NCBI GenBank assembly: GCA_038114285.1
Contig: JAYNQN010000007.1
Coordinates: 4,786 to 68,785 of the forward strand
DNA length: 64,000 nucleotides
Direction of reading: 5' to 3'
DNA from: Gammaproteobacteria bacterium
GTDB taxonomy: Bacteria > Pseudomonadota > Gammaproteobacteria > Poriferisulfidales > GCA-002705445
Shown here: positions 28,344-40,157 of the stretch, one piece after another
Position numbering within the stretch: position 1 is the stretch's first letter
Layout: each line of letters begins with the position of its first letter
Position numbers and translations under genes: made by a program
The notes under the pieces: model-generated
What the model saw: the letters and a program-made list of their open reading frames with translations, nothing else
Databases searched by the model: none
Told to the model about the DNA's origin: nothing

Positions 28344-29875
28344 TGTTCTTTTATAAGGCTTTCACTAGTCATTTCTTTTGGTTTTTTAATACCCATTAAT
28401 GTGAGCATTGTAGGCGCAATATTAGATAACCCGCCATTATCATTTATTATATTCCACTTCTTATTATTATCTACAATAATACAAGGAACAGGATTTAATG
28501 AGTGTTGAGTATTTGGTTTGCCAGTTTTTGGATTATTAATTTCATCAACATTTCCATGATCTGCAGTTATCAAAGTTGATACATTTGCACCAATAGCTTC
28601 ACATACAACCTCTCCAATAACGGAATCAAGCTCATTCATAGCTTCAATAATTGCATCTTTAACTGCAGTATGCCCAACCATATCACCATTGGCAAAGTTT
28701 ACGACAATGAGTTTATATTCTGGATTTTTTATTGCCCTAATAACTTCTTCAGCAACCTCCTTGCAACTCATTTCGGGTTTTAGGTCATATGTTGCTACAT
28801 TAGGCGAAGGTATTAAAACTCTTTTTTCTCCTGGGTATGGGTCTTCTCTTCCACCATTAATAAAATATGTTACATGCGGATATTTCTCTGTTTCTGCGCA
28901 ATGAAATTGTTTTAAACCAAGGTCGCCTACAATGCTACCCAAAGTCACGTCTGGTGATTTTGTTCTAAAAGCAACGGGGCATGATAAATAAGGATCATAC
29001 TCTGTCATAGTTGTAATAGAATATGCAGTATCATTATTTGTTCTTCTAAAATTTTCAAATCTTTCGACATTTAAAGCTCTTGCGATTTGTCTTGTTCTAT
29101 CATTTCTAAAATTAAAGAACAGGAGGGAGTCGTTTTTCTTTAAAGGTTTTGAATTATCTAAACAGGTCGGAAGTATAAATTCATCTGTAATATTTTTTTT
29201 ATAAGAATTGGTAATTAATTGATTATAATCTTTAGCAGACTCTCCTTTATTATTGACGATTGCATCCCATGCAAGTTCTGTTCTTTCCCACCTTTGATCT
29301 CTATCCATCGCATAGTATCTTCCGCAAATTGTATAAATTTCTCCTCCGTATTCATCAAGATGACGTTGTAAGTCCTCAAAAATCTTCAGAGCAGATTTTG
29401 GATCATCATCTCTGCCGTCAGTGAAAAGATGAAGTTTTGGAGAAACGCCATATGATTTGCACATTTTTAATAATGCAATTAAATGATCCGAGTGAGAGTG
29501 AACTCCTCCTTGCGAAATTAACCCCAGCAAGTGTAGATCATTATCAGTATTTTTTACTGAAAGTATTGAATTAAGTAACGCTTCATTACTGTAAAAACTT
29601 CCGTTTTCTATCGCTTCATTAATAACAACCAAGTCTTGTTTAAAAATAGTTCCAGAACCTATGATCATGTGGCCAACCTCTGAATTGCCCATTTGGCCAT
29701 CTGGAAGTCCTACACTTTTACCAGATGCTTCAATAGAGGTAGAAGGATAGTCTTTGAGCAGCAGATCTATATTTGGAGTATTTGCTAGTGACCATCCGCT
29801 ATTATCATTATTTGGGCCTATCCCCACACCATCAAGAATAATCAAAAGAGCTCTGTTTGTATTTTCAGTGGTCAT
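28340..29875 (-). CDS. gpmI: 2,3-bisphosphoglycerate-independent phosphoglycerate mutase
   Basis: 511 aa iPGM. Confidence 0.93.
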   Translation of the reverse strand: MTTENTNRALLIILDGVGIGPNNDNSGWSLANTPNIDLLLKDYPSTSIEASGKSVGLPDGQMGNSEVGHMIIGSGTIFKQDLVVINEAIENGSFYSNEALLNSILSVKNTDNDLHLLGLISQGGVHSHSDHLIALLKMCKSYGVSPKLHLFTDGRDDDPKSALKIFEDLQRHLDEYGGEIYTICGRYYAMDRDQRWERTELAWDAIVNNKGESAKDYNQLITNSYKKNITDEFILPTCLDNSKPLKKNDSLLFFNFRNDRTRQIARALNVERFENFRRTNNDTAYSITTMTEYDPYLSCPVAFRTKSPDVTLGSIVGDLGLKQFHCAETEKYPHVTYFINGGREDPYPGEKRVLIPSPNVATYDLKPEMSCKEVAEEVIRAIKNPEYKLIVVNFANGDMVGHTAVKDAIIEAMNELDSVIGEVVCEAIGANVSTLITADHGNVDEINNPKTGKPNTQHSLNPVPCIIVDNNKKWNIINDNGGLSNIAPTMLTLMGIKKPKEMTSESLIKEH

Positions 29876-29927
29876 CGGTTTTCAATTTTTTCAACATTAA
29901 TTAAGATTTTAGCAAATTCGTTAATTT

Positions 29928-30674
29928 TTATTTACTTTTATTTTTCGTGGTAAAACGAGCAAGAAACAATCCAAGTTCAAATAGTAGCCATATTGGCACT
30001 GCAAGCAAAATTTGAGAAATTACATCAGGAGGAGTAAGAATCATTCCCAAAATAAAAGAGAAGACAATTATATAAGGTCTTTTCTTTGTTAAAGAATCAA
30101 CACTACTTATGCCAAGAAGAATAATTAAAAAAGTGATAATAGGGACTTCAAAAGCCAAGCCAAAAGCGAAAAATATTTTAACGGCAAAATTCAAAAAACT
30201 GCTAATATCTGTTGCCACTTGCACACCCTGTGGGCCTATACTTGTAAAAAAATTAAATATTAATGGAAAAACTATAAAATAAGCAAAAGCAATACCAACA
30301 TAAAAAAGCAAAGTACTTGATAGAAGAATTGGCGCAATAAATTTTTTTTCATTTTTATATAGGCCAGGAGATATAAAAGCCCAAAAATGATAAATTGATA
30401 TCGGAAAAGTTATTGCGACTGATAACAAGAGAATTAGTTTAAATGGCGCTAAAAATGGTGATGCGACGTCTACCGCTATCATATTTGATCCCTCAGGTAG
30501 CGCATTTAAAAGAGGCAAAGACAAAAAGTTATATAATGAATTTGAAAATGGCGTAAGTAACAAAGCACAAATGATAATTGATGCAATAATTATAAGTAAC
30601 CTATTTCTGAGTTCTAAAAGATGATCTGCTAATGAGTTTTTATTGTTTTTCATCTGAATCAATCTTATTTTCAA
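29928..30674 (-). CDS. tatC: Sec-independent translocase TatC
   Basis: 248 aa with six TM segments and an HLxELRxRLL N-terminus. Confidence 0.9.
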   Translation of the reverse strand: MKIRLIQMKNNKNSLADHLLELRNRLLIIIASIIICALLLTPFSNSLYNFLSLPLLNALPEGSNMIAVDVASPFLAPFKLILLLSVAITFPISIYHFWAFISPGLYKNEKKFIAPILLSSTLLFYVGIAFAYFIVFPLIFNFFTSIGPQGVQVATDISSFLNFAVKIFFAFGLAFEVPIITFLIILLGISSVDSLTKKRPYIIVFSFILGMILTPPDVISQILLAVPIWLLFELGLFLARFTTKNKSK

Positions 30675-30891
30675 ATTCTGAAAGCTCGTCTTTTTGTTTT
30701 TCGATAATTTTTTTTAAATCATTTAATTTAGACTCATTTTCAATATTTGTTTTGATATTATTAGCAAAATCTTTAATTTTTTTTATAAAAGATCCAAGTT
30801 GTGAAGCAAATACTGGAAGCCTTTCTGGGCCTAAAACTATCAGGCTTATTATGAGTATAAGAGCAAGTTCCCAGAACCCAAAATCAAACAT
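30640..30891 (-). CDS. tatB: Sec-independent translocase TatB
   Basis: N-terminus MFDFGFWELALILIISLIVLGPERLP. Confidence 0.85.
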   Translation of the reverse strand: MFDFGFWELALILIISLIVLGPERLPVFASQLGSFIKKIKDFANNIKTNIENESKLNDLKKIIEKQKDELSEFENKIDSDEKQ

Positions 30892-30905
30892 TATTTACAC
30901 CTAAT

Positions 30906-31061
30906 TTAATCTTTATCTGATTTATCATCATTTACTGATTTTTTAAAATTTTTAATAGCGCCACCAAGGTCGCTACCAATATTTTTCAGTTTTTTTGTGC
31001 CAAAAAGTAAAAGCACAATTGCAAAAATCAATAATAATGACCATATACTTATTCCAGCCAT
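30906..31061 (-). CDS. tatA: Sec-independent translocase TatA
   Basis: This gene is not in the ORF track. Reverse-strand translation gives MAGISIWSLLLIFAIVLLLFGTKKLKNIGSDLGGAIKNFKKSVNDDKSDKD. Confidence 0.85.
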   Translation of the reverse strand: MAGISIWSLLLIFAIVLLLFGTKKLKNIGSDLGGAIKNFKKSVNDDKSDKD

Positions 31062-31081
31062 ATTTTAAACTCCTACTATTT

Positions 31082-31399
31082 TTAAGTGTTTCTATTTTTT
31101 TTCTCTTCGTGCCCAGATGTACCAAATCTTCTTTCTAATTCTTCTAATATATCATCAGAGGAGAGATTTTTCATTGATAATGCAACTAGGCTGTGAAACC
31201 ATAAATCAGCAGCTTCAGATATTATTCTCTTGTTACTTTCATTTTTTATGGCCATCATAAGTTCTTCCGCCTCTTCATCTATTTTATCGCAGACGTGAGA
31301 TAATCCTTTATCATAAAGTGATGAAACATACGATTCTTTTGAAGATCTATTTTTTCTATCCTCTAGAATAAGATTTAATTTTCTAAGTATATCAGTCAT
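31082..31399 (-). CDS. hisE: Phosphoribosyl-ATP pyrophosphatase
   Basis: 105 aa MazG-like HisE. It sits in a hisE-tatABC arrangement as in Pseudomonas. Confidence 0.85.
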   Translation of the reverse strand: MTDILRKLNLILEDRKNRSSKESYVSSLYDKGLSHVCDKIDEEAEELMMAIKNESNKRIISEAADLWFHSLVALSMKNLSSDDILEELERRFGTSGHEEKKNRNT

Positions 31400-32174
31400 T
31401 AGTTGTTCTCATCTCAATGCCTTTGTTATGTAAATAATTTTTGACATCTTTGACGGTATAGGTTCCAAAATGAAATATACTTGCTGCAAGAACTGCATCT
31501 GCCCCACCTATTTTAATTCCATCGTACATATCTTCAAGTGTACCTACTCCGCCACTAGCTATTATGGGAATATTTACCTTTTTATTAATAGCTTGCATTA
31601 ATTCTAGGTCAAAACCTTGTTTTGTTCCATCTTTATCCATACTAGTGACTAATAGTTCTCCAGCGCCTCTTTTTTGCATTTCTTCTGACCAAGATATTGC
31701 GTCAATTCCAGTAGCGTTTCTGCCACCATGAGTGTATATTTCCCATTTAAGTGTTCCATCGCCATCAATTTTTCTCTTTGCGTCAATAGCTACAACAATA
31801 CATTGATTGCCAACAGCATCGCTCGCATCAGAAATAAGTCTTGGGTTATTGATGGCAGCAGTATTTATTGTAATTTTATCAGCACCTGAATTAAGTAATA
31901 GCCTAATATCTTTCACAGACCTTATTCCACCACCTACTGTTAATGGGATAAATACCTGAGAAGCCACATTTGCAACAACATCTAAAATAGTATTTCTATT
32001 GCTAGAGCTTGCAGTAATATCTAAAAAAGTGATTTCGTCAGCTCCTTGGTCATTATATCTTTTGGCAACATGAACAGGGTCTCCAGCATCTTTAATATCT
32101 ACAAATTTTACGCCTTTGACAACTCTTCCATTGTCTACATCGAGGCAAGGTATTATTCTTTTAGTTAACGCCAT
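31392..32174 (-). CDS. hisF: Imidazole glycerol phosphate synthase cyclase subunit
   Basis: 260 aa TIM barrel. Confidence 0.95.
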   Translation of the reverse strand: MALTKRIIPCLDVDNGRVVKGVKFVDIKDAGDPVHVAKRYNDQGADEITFLDITASSSNRNTILDVVANVASQVFIPLTVGGGIRSVKDIRLLLNSGADKITINTAAINNPRLISDASDAVGNQCIVVAIDAKRKIDGDGTLKWEIYTHGGRNATGIDAISWSEEMQKRGAGELLVTSMDKDGTKQGFDLELMQAINKKVNIPIIASGGVGTLEDMYDGIKIGGADAVLAASIFHFGTYTVKDVKNYLHNKGIEMRTTND

Positions 32175-32178
32175 AATT

Positions 32179-32907
32179 TTATTTGTTAAATATTTCTTTT
32201 GCTTTCATTATATTAATTTTTTTTTCGTAAAGAGCTCTACCAATGATAATTCCAGAAATTCTTGAATTTTTGTAGGAACTTATCTTATGAATATCTTCTA
32301 TACAACTTACTCCACCAGATGCAATAACGGGAATATTTATATTGTTCGCTAAATCTAAAGTTGCTTCAATATTAAGGCCCTTCATCATTCCATCTTTTTC
32401 AATATCAGTATAAACAATTTCAGCAACGCCATGATTTTCAAATTCTTTCGCAAGTTCTAAGGCATTTTTATCTGCTATAGATTTCCATCCTTCTGTAGCT
32501 ACTTCTCCTTTTTTTGCATCAATACCTACTATAACTTTATCAGGGAATTTATCGCATAATTTTTTAATGAAGGTTGGATCTTCGACAGCCATAGTTCCAA
32601 TAATTATAAAGCTTGCTCCTGAGGAAAGATATTTGTTTGCAGTCTCGAAATCTCTTATGCCACCGCCAATTTGAATTGGTATATTTGGAAATTTTTTACA
32701 TATGTTTGATACAACTTTAATATTTATTGGGCTGCCAAGTCTTGCACCATCTAGGTCGACAAGATGAAGTCTTTCGGCCCCTTCATTAACCCACTTATCA
32801 GCCATATCAATAGGATTGTGATGAAATATCGTTTCTTGGGAGAAATCACCTTGTTTAAGTCTTACACAGTTTCCATTTTGTATATCAATTGCTGGTATTA
32901 TTATCAT
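32179..32907 (-). CDS. hisA: ProFAR isomerase
   Basis: 242 aa. Confidence 0.93.
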   Translation of the reverse strand: MIIIPAIDIQNGNCVRLKQGDFSQETIFHHNPIDMADKWVNEGAERLHLVDLDGARLGSPINIKVVSNICKKFPNIPIQIGGGIRDFETANKYLSSGASFIIIGTMAVEDPTFIKKLCDKFPDKVIVGIDAKKGEVATEGWKSIADKNALELAKEFENHGVAEIVYTDIEKDGMMKGLNIEATLDLANNINIPVIASGGVSCIEDIHKISSYKNSRISGIIIGRALYEKKINIMKAKEIFNK

Positions 32908-32913
32908 AATTTT

Positions 32914-33537
32914 TTATCTGATTTCTATAAAGTTTTTTAAGAATTGCAATCCTGCTTTTGAGCTTTTTTCAGGGTGCCCCTGAATTGCTATTATGTTATT
33001 TTTGGCTATGACAGAGCAGAAATTATCACCGTATTTTGTTTCACCTATTATGTTAGTTTTGTCTTCAGGTTCAATAAAATAACTATGTACAAAGTAAAAA
33101 TATGAATCATTATCAATCTTATTCCAGATAGGATGTTCGTTTTTTTTTGAAATTTTATTCCATCCCATATGAGGTATTTTCATTTGATTTTTTTGTGTAC
33201 TTTGAAATTTCTTTACTTTGCCTTTTATTAACCCTAGACAATCTGTACCATTATTCTCTTCACTATAATCCATTAAAACTTGCATACCCATGCATATCCC
33301 CAAGAAAGGTTTTTCACTTGAAATTTTTTTTATTACCTTATCAAGATTCTTATCAAATATAGAGTTAATACATTTTCTTGCTGCCCCTTGTCCTGGGAAA
33401 ATTATTTTGTCAGCATTATCTATTTCTTTTGGGTTTGAAGAAATTATTACTTTTTGATTAGGAGCAACATATTCAACAGCTTTTACAACAGAACTTAAAT
33501 TACTCATTCCATAATCTACAATAGCAATAGTATTCAA
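32914..33537 (-). CDS. hisH: Imidazole glycerol phosphate synthase glutaminase subunit
   Basis: 207 aa class I GATase with GICMGMQ. Confidence 0.93.
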   Translation of the reverse strand: MNTIAIVDYGMSNLSSVVKAVEYVAPNQKVIISSNPKEIDNADKIIFPGQGAARKCINSIFDKNLDKVIKKISSEKPFLGICMGMQVLMDYSEENNGTDCLGLIKGKVKKFQSTQKNQMKIPHMGWNKISKKNEHPIWNKIDNDSYFYFVHSYFIEPEDKTNIIGETKYGDNFCSVIAKNNIIAIQGHPEKSSKAGLQFLKNFIEIR

Positions 33538-33555
33538 TTTTTTTCGCCTATAATG

Positions 33556-34152
33556 CTAGAGGACGCCTTTTGTTGAAGGCGGCTTATTTCCGTTATTAAT
33601 AAAATCAATTTCTTTTGCACATCTGAATGCTCTACCGAAAGCTTTAAATATTGTTTCAGCAATATGATGTCCATTTTCACCTTTTAGATTATCAATATGC
33701 AAAGTTACCATTGCATGGTTACAAAAACCTTGAAAAAATTCATGTATTAGATCAACATCGAAGTCATTAATATATTGTCTAGGGTATGAAGCTGAATACT
33801 CAACTCCGGGTCTCCCAGAAAAATCTATTACAACTCTAGATAAAGCTTCATCTAGAGGAACATATGCATGCCCATATCTATTAATTCCTTCTTTGCCTCC
33901 AATAGCTTTATCAAAAGCTTGGCCAAAGCATATTCCGATATCTTCTACAGTGTGGTGTGCATCAACTTCTAAATCTCCCTTAGCTTTTATATTAAGATCT
34001 ATATGACCATGCTTACAGATTTGTTCCAGCATATGCTCAAAAAAAGGCATTCCAGTATCAATTTTGCAAATGCCAGTTCCATCAATATTCAATGAAAGCT
34101 CTATATCTGTTTCATTTGTTTTTCTTTTTATGGATGCTTCTCTTTTATTCAT
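33556..34152 (-). CDS. hisB: Imidazoleglycerol-phosphate dehydratase (monofunctional)
   Basis: 198 aa IGPD. Confidence 0.93.
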   Translation of the reverse strand: MNKREASIKRKTNETDIELSLNIDGTGICKIDTGMPFFEHMLEQICKHGHIDLNIKAKGDLEVDAHHTVEDIGICFGQAFDKAIGGKEGINRYGHAYVPLDEALSRVVIDFSGRPGVEYSASYPRQYINDFDVDLIHEFFQGFCNHAMVTLHIDNLKGENGHHIAETIFKAFGRAFRCAKEIDFINNGNKPPSTKGVL

Positions 34153-34175
34153 TATTTTAAAATTTATGTTAAAAG

Positions 34176-35099
34176 TTGAGTATAATTAAATTTTATACAA
34201 TATACACTAAAATGATGATAATTAGCATAATACAGAGATTTTTTCTATTTTTACTGAGTTATTGCGGGTTAGCAATAACTCATTGTATTGCTGCTATTTT
34301 GGCGAAAATACTGTTTTCAAGTAGTAGCAAAAAGTATTTAGTAGCTTATAAAAATTTGAGTATATGTTTTCCTGATAAATCAGAGGACTGGGTAAAAAAA
34401 AATGCTAAAAAAAGTTTAGTAGAATATTTAAAAAGTCTCCTAGAGTCACCATACGTTTATAGAGTGTCAAAAAATAATATTAATACTTTAATAAATAAAG
34501 TTCATAATAAAAATGTAATAGAAGAATGCGCAAAAGATAATAATGGAATAATATTTATGACCCCACACCATGGTTCTTGGGAGTTAAGTGGGTTGTTTGT
34601 GGCTAATAAAATAAAAACATATACAATGTTTAAGCCATTAAGAAATAAAGTTTTAAATGATTATGTTTTCTCTGGGAGAATGTCTCAGGGCGCCACTATG
34701 GTAGAAACAGATAATAGCGGTGTAAAAAAATTACTCAAAGCATTAAAAAATAATTACGGTATTGGTATTTTGCCAGACCACACACCAAAAATTAATCAGG
34801 GAATAATGGCAGATTTTTATGGTATACCTGCAAACACATCAACTCTTATATATAAGTTAGGAAAAAAAAATAAAGTTCCTATTGTTTATATTTTCTCCGA
34901 GCGTATCTCAAGTAGCAAAGGATTTGATGTTCATCTTGGCGTTATTGATAAGTCTTTTTATGATCTTAGTGAATTAGATGCAGCTGTTTTTTTAAATAAA
35001 AAAATTGAAGAACTTGTTAATAAGAATATTGTTCAATATTTGTGGTCATACGAGAGATTTAGGAATAGAAGTGGGGTTAAAGAAAATATCTACAATTAA
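34176..35099 (+). CDS. Lipid A biosynthesis (lauroyl/myristoyl) acyltransferase, LpxL/HtrB family
   Basis: 307 aa with an N-terminal TM and an HHGSWE catalytic-dyad-like motif. Confidence 0.6.
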   Translation: MSIIKFYTIYTKMMIISIIQRFFLFLLSYCGLAITHCIAAILAKILFSSSSKKYLVAYKNLSICFPDKSEDWVKKNAKKSLVEYLKSLLESPYVYRVSKNNINTLINKVHNKNVIEECAKDNNGIIFMTPHHGSWELSGLFVANKIKTYTMFKPLRNKVLNDYVFSGRMSQGATMVETDNSGVKKLLKALKNNYGIGILPDHTPKINQGIMADFYGIPANTSTLIYKLGKKNKVPIVYIFSERISSSKGFDVHLGVIDKSFYDLSELDAAVFLNKKIEELVNKNIVQYLWSYERFRNRSGVKENIYN

Positions 35100-35105
35100 G
35101 AAAAA

Positions 35106-36551
35106 TTATTTTTTCCAAAAATCTGGTATAAAAATTACTAATAGAGTAAATATTTCTAGCCTTCCAACAATCATACTAAATGATAAGATCCATTTATTTA
35201 AATCTGTTAAACCAGCGTAATTGAGTGCGACTTCCCCTTGGCCTGGGCCTAAATTATTAATTGTTGCTGCTACAGCAGAGAACGAAGTTAAAAAATCTAA
35301 ACCTGATAACATTAATAAAAGCATTACAGTTATAAATACAAATACATATATAGCAAAGAATCCCCAAATTGTTTCTAAAGTTCTTTCGTTTATAGCTGCA
35401 TTACCTACTTTTACTTTTATTTTAGAATTTGGGTGCACAAGCCTTCTAAGTTCTCTATACCCTTGTTTTAATAAAAGAATAACTCTTATTGCTTTCATTC
35501 CACCGGCTGTAGAGCCTGCACATCCTCCTATAAAGCTAAAAAGAATTAATAATAATGGTAAAAACCCTACATAGTTATAATAATTTGAATTTGTAAATCC
35601 AGTGGTAGTAGAAATCGATACAGCATAAAAAGTATGCTGGATTACTTCTCTTGTATTTAAATCTAAAGATTGATTATAAGCATACAATATTGTCAGAGCT
35701 GATACTAAAATTGTTAAAAATATGAAAAAATATGCCTCATTATCATTTTTATATGGATCTAATGATTTATTTTTAAAAGCAAGGTAATGTAGACTAAAGT
35801 TCAAACACGCAGCTATCATAAAAAATATTGCGACCATCTCAATCCATTGATTGTCAAAGAAAGCAAAACTTTCTGTATGCGTTGAAAAGCCTCCAATTGC
35901 GATAGTTGAAAAACTGTGGCAAATAGAATCAAAAATAGTCATTCCGGCAATGTAATAACTTATGCCACAAAATAATGTCATTATTAAATATACTAACCAG
36001 AGCCACTTAGCTGTTTCAGTTATTCTTGGAGTAATTTTATTTTTTATTGGACCAGCAACTTCCGCCTTATATAATTGCATACCACCTACGCCAAGCATTG
36101 GAAGAACAGCAACTGCAAGAACAATAATACCAAGCCCACCAAGCCACTGAAGGTATTGTCTATAAAATAATATGGATTTCGGCAAATTATCAAATTCATT
36201 TAAGATTGTTGCGCCAGTAGTGGTCAATCCAGAAATTGATTCAAATATTGCATTTGTTATTGAAATATTAAGTGACTCGCTAAGTATCATTGGCAAAGAA
36301 GCAAATGAACTTAGAACAAACCAAAATAAAACAACAATAATAAATCCATCTCTTAATTTTAAATCAGACTTTGCTTGCATTGCTGGAAGCCAAAGTAAAA
36401 GTCCTGATACAAAAATTAATATTAAAGCATAAAAAAATGACCAAGTTTCATTGTCTTCATACAAAACACTTACAATAATTGGAGGTATTATAGCTAGACT
36501 AAACAGCATTAATAATAATCCAAGTATTCTAATTACAGATTTAATTTGCAT
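35106..36551 (-). CDS. trkH: Trk potassium uptake protein TrkH
   Basis: 481 aa polytopic protein. Confidence 0.9.
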   Translation of the reverse strand: MQIKSVIRILGLLLMLFSLAIIPPIIVSVLYEDNETWSFFYALILIFVSGLLLWLPAMQAKSDLKLRDGFIIVVLFWFVLSSFASLPMILSESLNISITNAIFESISGLTTTGATILNEFDNLPKSILFYRQYLQWLGGLGIIVLAVAVLPMLGVGGMQLYKAEVAGPIKNKITPRITETAKWLWLVYLIMTLFCGISYYIAGMTIFDSICHSFSTIAIGGFSTHTESFAFFDNQWIEMVAIFFMIAACLNFSLHYLAFKNKSLDPYKNDNEAYFFIFLTILVSALTILYAYNQSLDLNTREVIQHTFYAVSISTTTGFTNSNYYNYVGFLPLLLILFSFIGGCAGSTAGGMKAIRVILLLKQGYRELRRLVHPNSKIKVKVGNAAINERTLETIWGFFAIYVFVFITVMLLLMLSGLDFLTSFSAVAATINNLGPGQGEVALNYAGLTDLNKWILSFSMIVGRLEIFTLLVIFIPDFWKK

Positions 36552-36556
36552 TATTT

Positions 36557-37900
36557 TTACTCAAATAGATTTTCTATTTGTTTAACGTCTTTTTTATTTA
36601 CAAGACATATCAATCGGTCATTTTTTTCAAAAAGCATATTTGATGTGTCAAATAAAAAACTATCATTTCTAATAATACAACAAATAATAGTATTTTCAGG
36701 TAGATTTATTTGCTCGGTATTTTTATCTAAAATTTTTGAGTCATTCTTGTCCTTTACTTCTATTTCTAGTAGTTCATGAGAGCCATGCATTATAGAATGG
36801 GCTTTAAGTACACCACCTTTTCTGATATGTGTTAAAAGAGCCCCCATAGTTAAATCTTCAGGAGATATAGTTATATCAATTTCTTGTTTTTCAACAAGAT
36901 CTGAATAACTTATTTTATTGATAATAGATATGACATTTTTTGTTCCTAGTTTCTTAGCAAGCATTGCTGAAAGAATATTAGCTTCATCATCATTAGTAAG
37001 AGCACAGAATATATCCATATGTTCTATATTTTCTTCTAGAAGTACATCTTCATTTGATGAGTCAGCATTTATTATAGTTGCATCATCTATTATTTCAGAC
37101 AAATAATCTGCTCTTTCTTCATTTGATTCAATAACTTTTACTTGATGGCTATCACTAATACTCTGACACAAATGTTTTCCAATATTGCCTCCCCCAGCAA
37201 TCATAATTCTTTTATTATTTTTTATTTTTCTAAAAATTTTTGTTATATCTTCAATATTTTCTTCTTTGCAGATAAATAATAGTTCGTCTCCATTCTCTAA
37301 TATATCTCCATCTTCTATTGAATATAATTTATCTTTTCTTATAAAAGCACATATCTTAGCATTATACTTTTCACAAGCTTGTTGGTAATGTTTTATTGTA
37401 TTTTCTACATCATTTTGTTCTTTATATATAATATTTATGCAGCAGCTCTCTTTATTTGAAAAACTAAAAACTTGATGAATGCCTTGAAAAGAAATTAATT
37501 TTTTAATGTAATTCGATGCAATGAGATCTGGGCTTATTGTAAAATCAATTGGCGTAGATTCATCTGCAAATAAATTTTCATAATTTAAATATTCTAAATC
37601 TCTTATTCGAGCAATTTTCTTATTTACGCCAAAAACTGTGTATGCTACCTGGCATGCAATCATATTTGTTTCGTCGCTTTTTGAGACAGCAACTATCATA
37701 TCGGCCTTGTGGGCACCTGCTGCATCTAAAATTCTAGGGTGAGCACCATTTCCGTGTATAGTTTGAAGATCAATCTTTTCCGCAATATTTTCTAAAAGCT
37801 CTGCGCTTTTATCAATTAAGGTTACGTCATTGCCTTCTTTAACAAGATTTATGGATAATGAGCTGCCGACTTGCCCAGCCCCAACGATTATAATTTTCAT
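36557..37900 (-). CDS. trkA: Trk system NAD-binding protein TrkA
   Basis: 447 aa with two RCK domains. Confidence 0.9.
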   Translation of the reverse strand: MKIIIVGAGQVGSSLSINLVKEGNDVTLIDKSAELLENIAEKIDLQTIHGNGAHPRILDAAGAHKADMIVAVSKSDETNMIACQVAYTVFGVNKKIARIRDLEYLNYENLFADESTPIDFTISPDLIASNYIKKLISFQGIHQVFSFSNKESCCINIIYKEQNDVENTIKHYQQACEKYNAKICAFIRKDKLYSIEDGDILENGDELLFICKEENIEDITKIFRKIKNNKRIMIAGGGNIGKHLCQSISDSHQVKVIESNEERADYLSEIIDDATIINADSSNEDVLLEENIEHMDIFCALTNDDEANILSAMLAKKLGTKNVISIINKISYSDLVEKQEIDITISPEDLTMGALLTHIRKGGVLKAHSIMHGSHELLEIEVKDKNDSKILDKNTEQINLPENTIICCIIRNDSFLFDTSNMLFEKNDRLICLVNKKDVKQIENLFE

Positions 37901-37948
37901 AATTGATCTGTATTATAAATGAAATTTGATAATTTTTTAAATATTTGT

Positions 37949-38881
37949 TTATTCAAATTTTTTTCCTTTAAAATCAGTAGAGCGTGAGAATTCTTCGGCA
38001 GTTAGTATTTTAGAATTATCTTTTTGTATTTTTTTTATTAGAAGTAATCCATCTTTTGTGAATACCTCAATAAATTTATTTTTTGTTGATTTAATATTTC
38101 CTGGAAAGCCATTTATTTTTAATTCTCTAAATTCACTATCATGTATTCTAACTCTTTCTCCAGATAAACTTGTTTCAGCGACAGGCCAAGAATTAAAAGC
38201 CATAATTTTTTTATGAATTTTTTCTGCAGAGGTATTCCAATTAATTTTAGCTTCATCTTTTTTAATTTTTTTTGCATATGTAGCTAAGTTATCATCTTGA
38301 GGATGGAGCATATAATTATTTTCTAGAATAGAATCAAGAGTTGTTAGCAATGAGTCTATTCCTATGTTTATAAATTTTTCATGTAACTTTGTTGAAGAAT
38401 CATTTTCTTCAATTTTAATTGGTTCCTGATAAATTATATCTCCTTTATCAAGACCCTCTGACATTTTCATAATAGAAATACCAGAAAGTTTATCCCCAGC
38501 TTCTATAGATCTTTGAATAGGTGCTGCTCCTCTCCATCTGGGCAATAAAGATGGATGAACATTAATACATCCATACTTAGGAATAGAAATAAATTCCTTT
38601 GTTAAGAGCAATCCATATGCAACAACAATGACTATGTCAGGGTTAAGTTCAGCAAGAGCATCAGTTTCTTTTATAGTTATTTTTTCAGGTTGTCTAATTA
38701 TAATATTATTTTTTTCTGCAGTATTTCTTACGGGACTGTGAGTAAATTTTAAACCTCTCCCTGATCTCTTGCTAGGTTGAGTAAAAACAGCAGCAACATT
38801 ATGCTTTGAACTTATTAAAGCCGAGAGATAATTTTCTGCAAACTGTGGTGTTCCCGCGAACACGATTTTTAAATTTTTCAT
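37949..38881 (-). CDS. fmt: Methionyl-tRNA formyltransferase
   Basis: 310 aa. Confidence 0.92.
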   Translation of the reverse strand: MKNLKIVFAGTPQFAENYLSALISSKHNVAAVFTQPSKRSGRGLKFTHSPVRNTAEKNNIIIRQPEKITIKETDALAELNPDIVIVVAYGLLLTKEFISIPKYGCINVHPSLLPRWRGAAPIQRSIEAGDKLSGISIMKMSEGLDKGDIIYQEPIKIEENDSSTKLHEKFINIGIDSLLTTLDSILENNYMLHPQDDNLATYAKKIKKDEAKINWNTSAEKIHKKIMAFNSWPVAETSLSGERVRIHDSEFRELKINGFPGNIKSTKNKFIEVFTKDGLLLIKKIQKDNSKILTAEEFSRSTDFKGKKFE

Positions 38882-38896
38882 TTTATATGTGATTTA

Positions 38897-39445
38897 TTAT
38901 GTTGCTGATTTATAATCAGGTGTTTTCTTTCTTGAAATTAAAGCACCTTCTTTTTTTAGTTTTGTAATCTTTTTTTCTATTCTATTTCTTTTTAAAGATG
39001 ATATGTGATCTACAAAAAGTTTTCCATTTAGGTGGTCTATTTCATGTTGAATGCAGGTTGATAAAAGTCCATCAGCCTCTATTTCAATTAACTTTCCATT
39101 TAAGTCAAGTGTTGATAATTTTATACGTGATGGTCTAGATACAGACTCATAAAAACCTGGAACTGACAAACATCCTTCTTCCATAGTTTCATTATCTTCA
39201 GATAAAAATAATATTTCCGGATTAATAAGACATACTTTATCATCTTTATTTTCTGACACATCTATAACAATTATTCTTTTATGAATATTAACTTGAGTTG
39301 CTGCAAGGCCAATTCCTTTTTCCTCATACATTGTAAAAAACATTTGGTCTACAATTTTTTTTATATTTTTATCAACACTTTTAACTGGCTCAGCTATTTT
39401 TCTTAGTCTTGGGTCAGGAAAATGCAGTACTTCTAAGCTTTTCAT
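38897..39445 (-). CDS. def: Peptide deformylase
   Basis: 182 aa with GxGLAAxQ, EGCLS and HEIDH. Confidence 0.92.
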   Translation of the reverse strand: MKSLEVLHFPDPRLRKIAEPVKSVDKNIKKIVDQMFFTMYEEKGIGLAATQVNIHKRIIVIDVSENKDDKVCLINPEILFLSEDNETMEEGCLSVPGFYESVSRPSRIKLSTLDLNGKLIEIEADGLLSTCIQHEIDHLNGKLFVDHISSLKRNRIEKKITKLKKEGALISRKKTPDYKSAT

Positions 39446-39646
39446 GGCAAATTTTTTGTTTTTTAAATTAGTTTAATTATACTATTCTCTAAATTTTAAT
39501 ATATGAAATTTAGTAAATTTCTTTAATTTGAATATTTCTACTTTTGACTAAACTATAACAATGTATTAATGTTAAAAAGTTGATATTATTTTTACGATAA
39601 ATAAATTATTTTTTTTATTATAAATCAAATACTTAAGGAATAACTC

Positions 39647-40123
39647 ATGAAAGAAACCATACTAGATGTCTTGATGTTCATGTTTCAAAGCTATGTTGAA
39701 GATAATGATGAAGTGGAGCTTGATAAAGAATCGCTTCACAAAAACCTGTCTGAGGCAGGATTTGCTGATCATAATATTGAAAAAGCATTTGAGTGGCTAG
39801 AGGGCCTCCCAGGCGTTGATGATAGTTCCTTGCTTAATAAGCCCACAAAAAATAGTTTTAGATTATATAGTGATGCCGAGCATAGAAAAATTGGAGAAGA
39901 GGGATTAAGTTTCTTGATGTTCTTAGAAAGGCTTGGAATATTTCACGGAGAAATTAGAGAACATGTTATTGATAGAATAATGGCATTGGATACTCAAAAT
40001 GTAGATTTAAGTCAAATCAGGTGGGTTGTGTTAATGATATTATTTAATACACCTGGAAATGAAAGCAGTTATACATGGCTGCAAAATCTAAACTCTGACA
40101 AAGCTTTACCCTATATACATTAG
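39647..40123 (+). CDS. smg: Smg protein (DUF494)
   Basis: 158 aa encoded upstream of topA. Confidence 0.8.
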   Translation: MKETILDVLMFMFQSYVEDNDEVELDKESLHKNLSEAGFADHNIEKAFEWLEGLPGVDDSSLLNKPTKNSFRLYSDAEHRKIGEEGLSFLMFLERLGIFHGEIREHVIDRIMALDTQNVDLSQIRWVVLMILFNTPGNESSYTWLQNLNSDKALPYIH

Positions 40124-40157
40124 TAAAAAAGAATATTTATAAGATCTTTATTTAATT

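Noticed and set aside
35005-36432. Plus-strand ORFs antisense to trkH, including a 117-aa one
   Set aside because: They lie entirely within trkH on the opposite strand. The trkH translation is clearly homologous.
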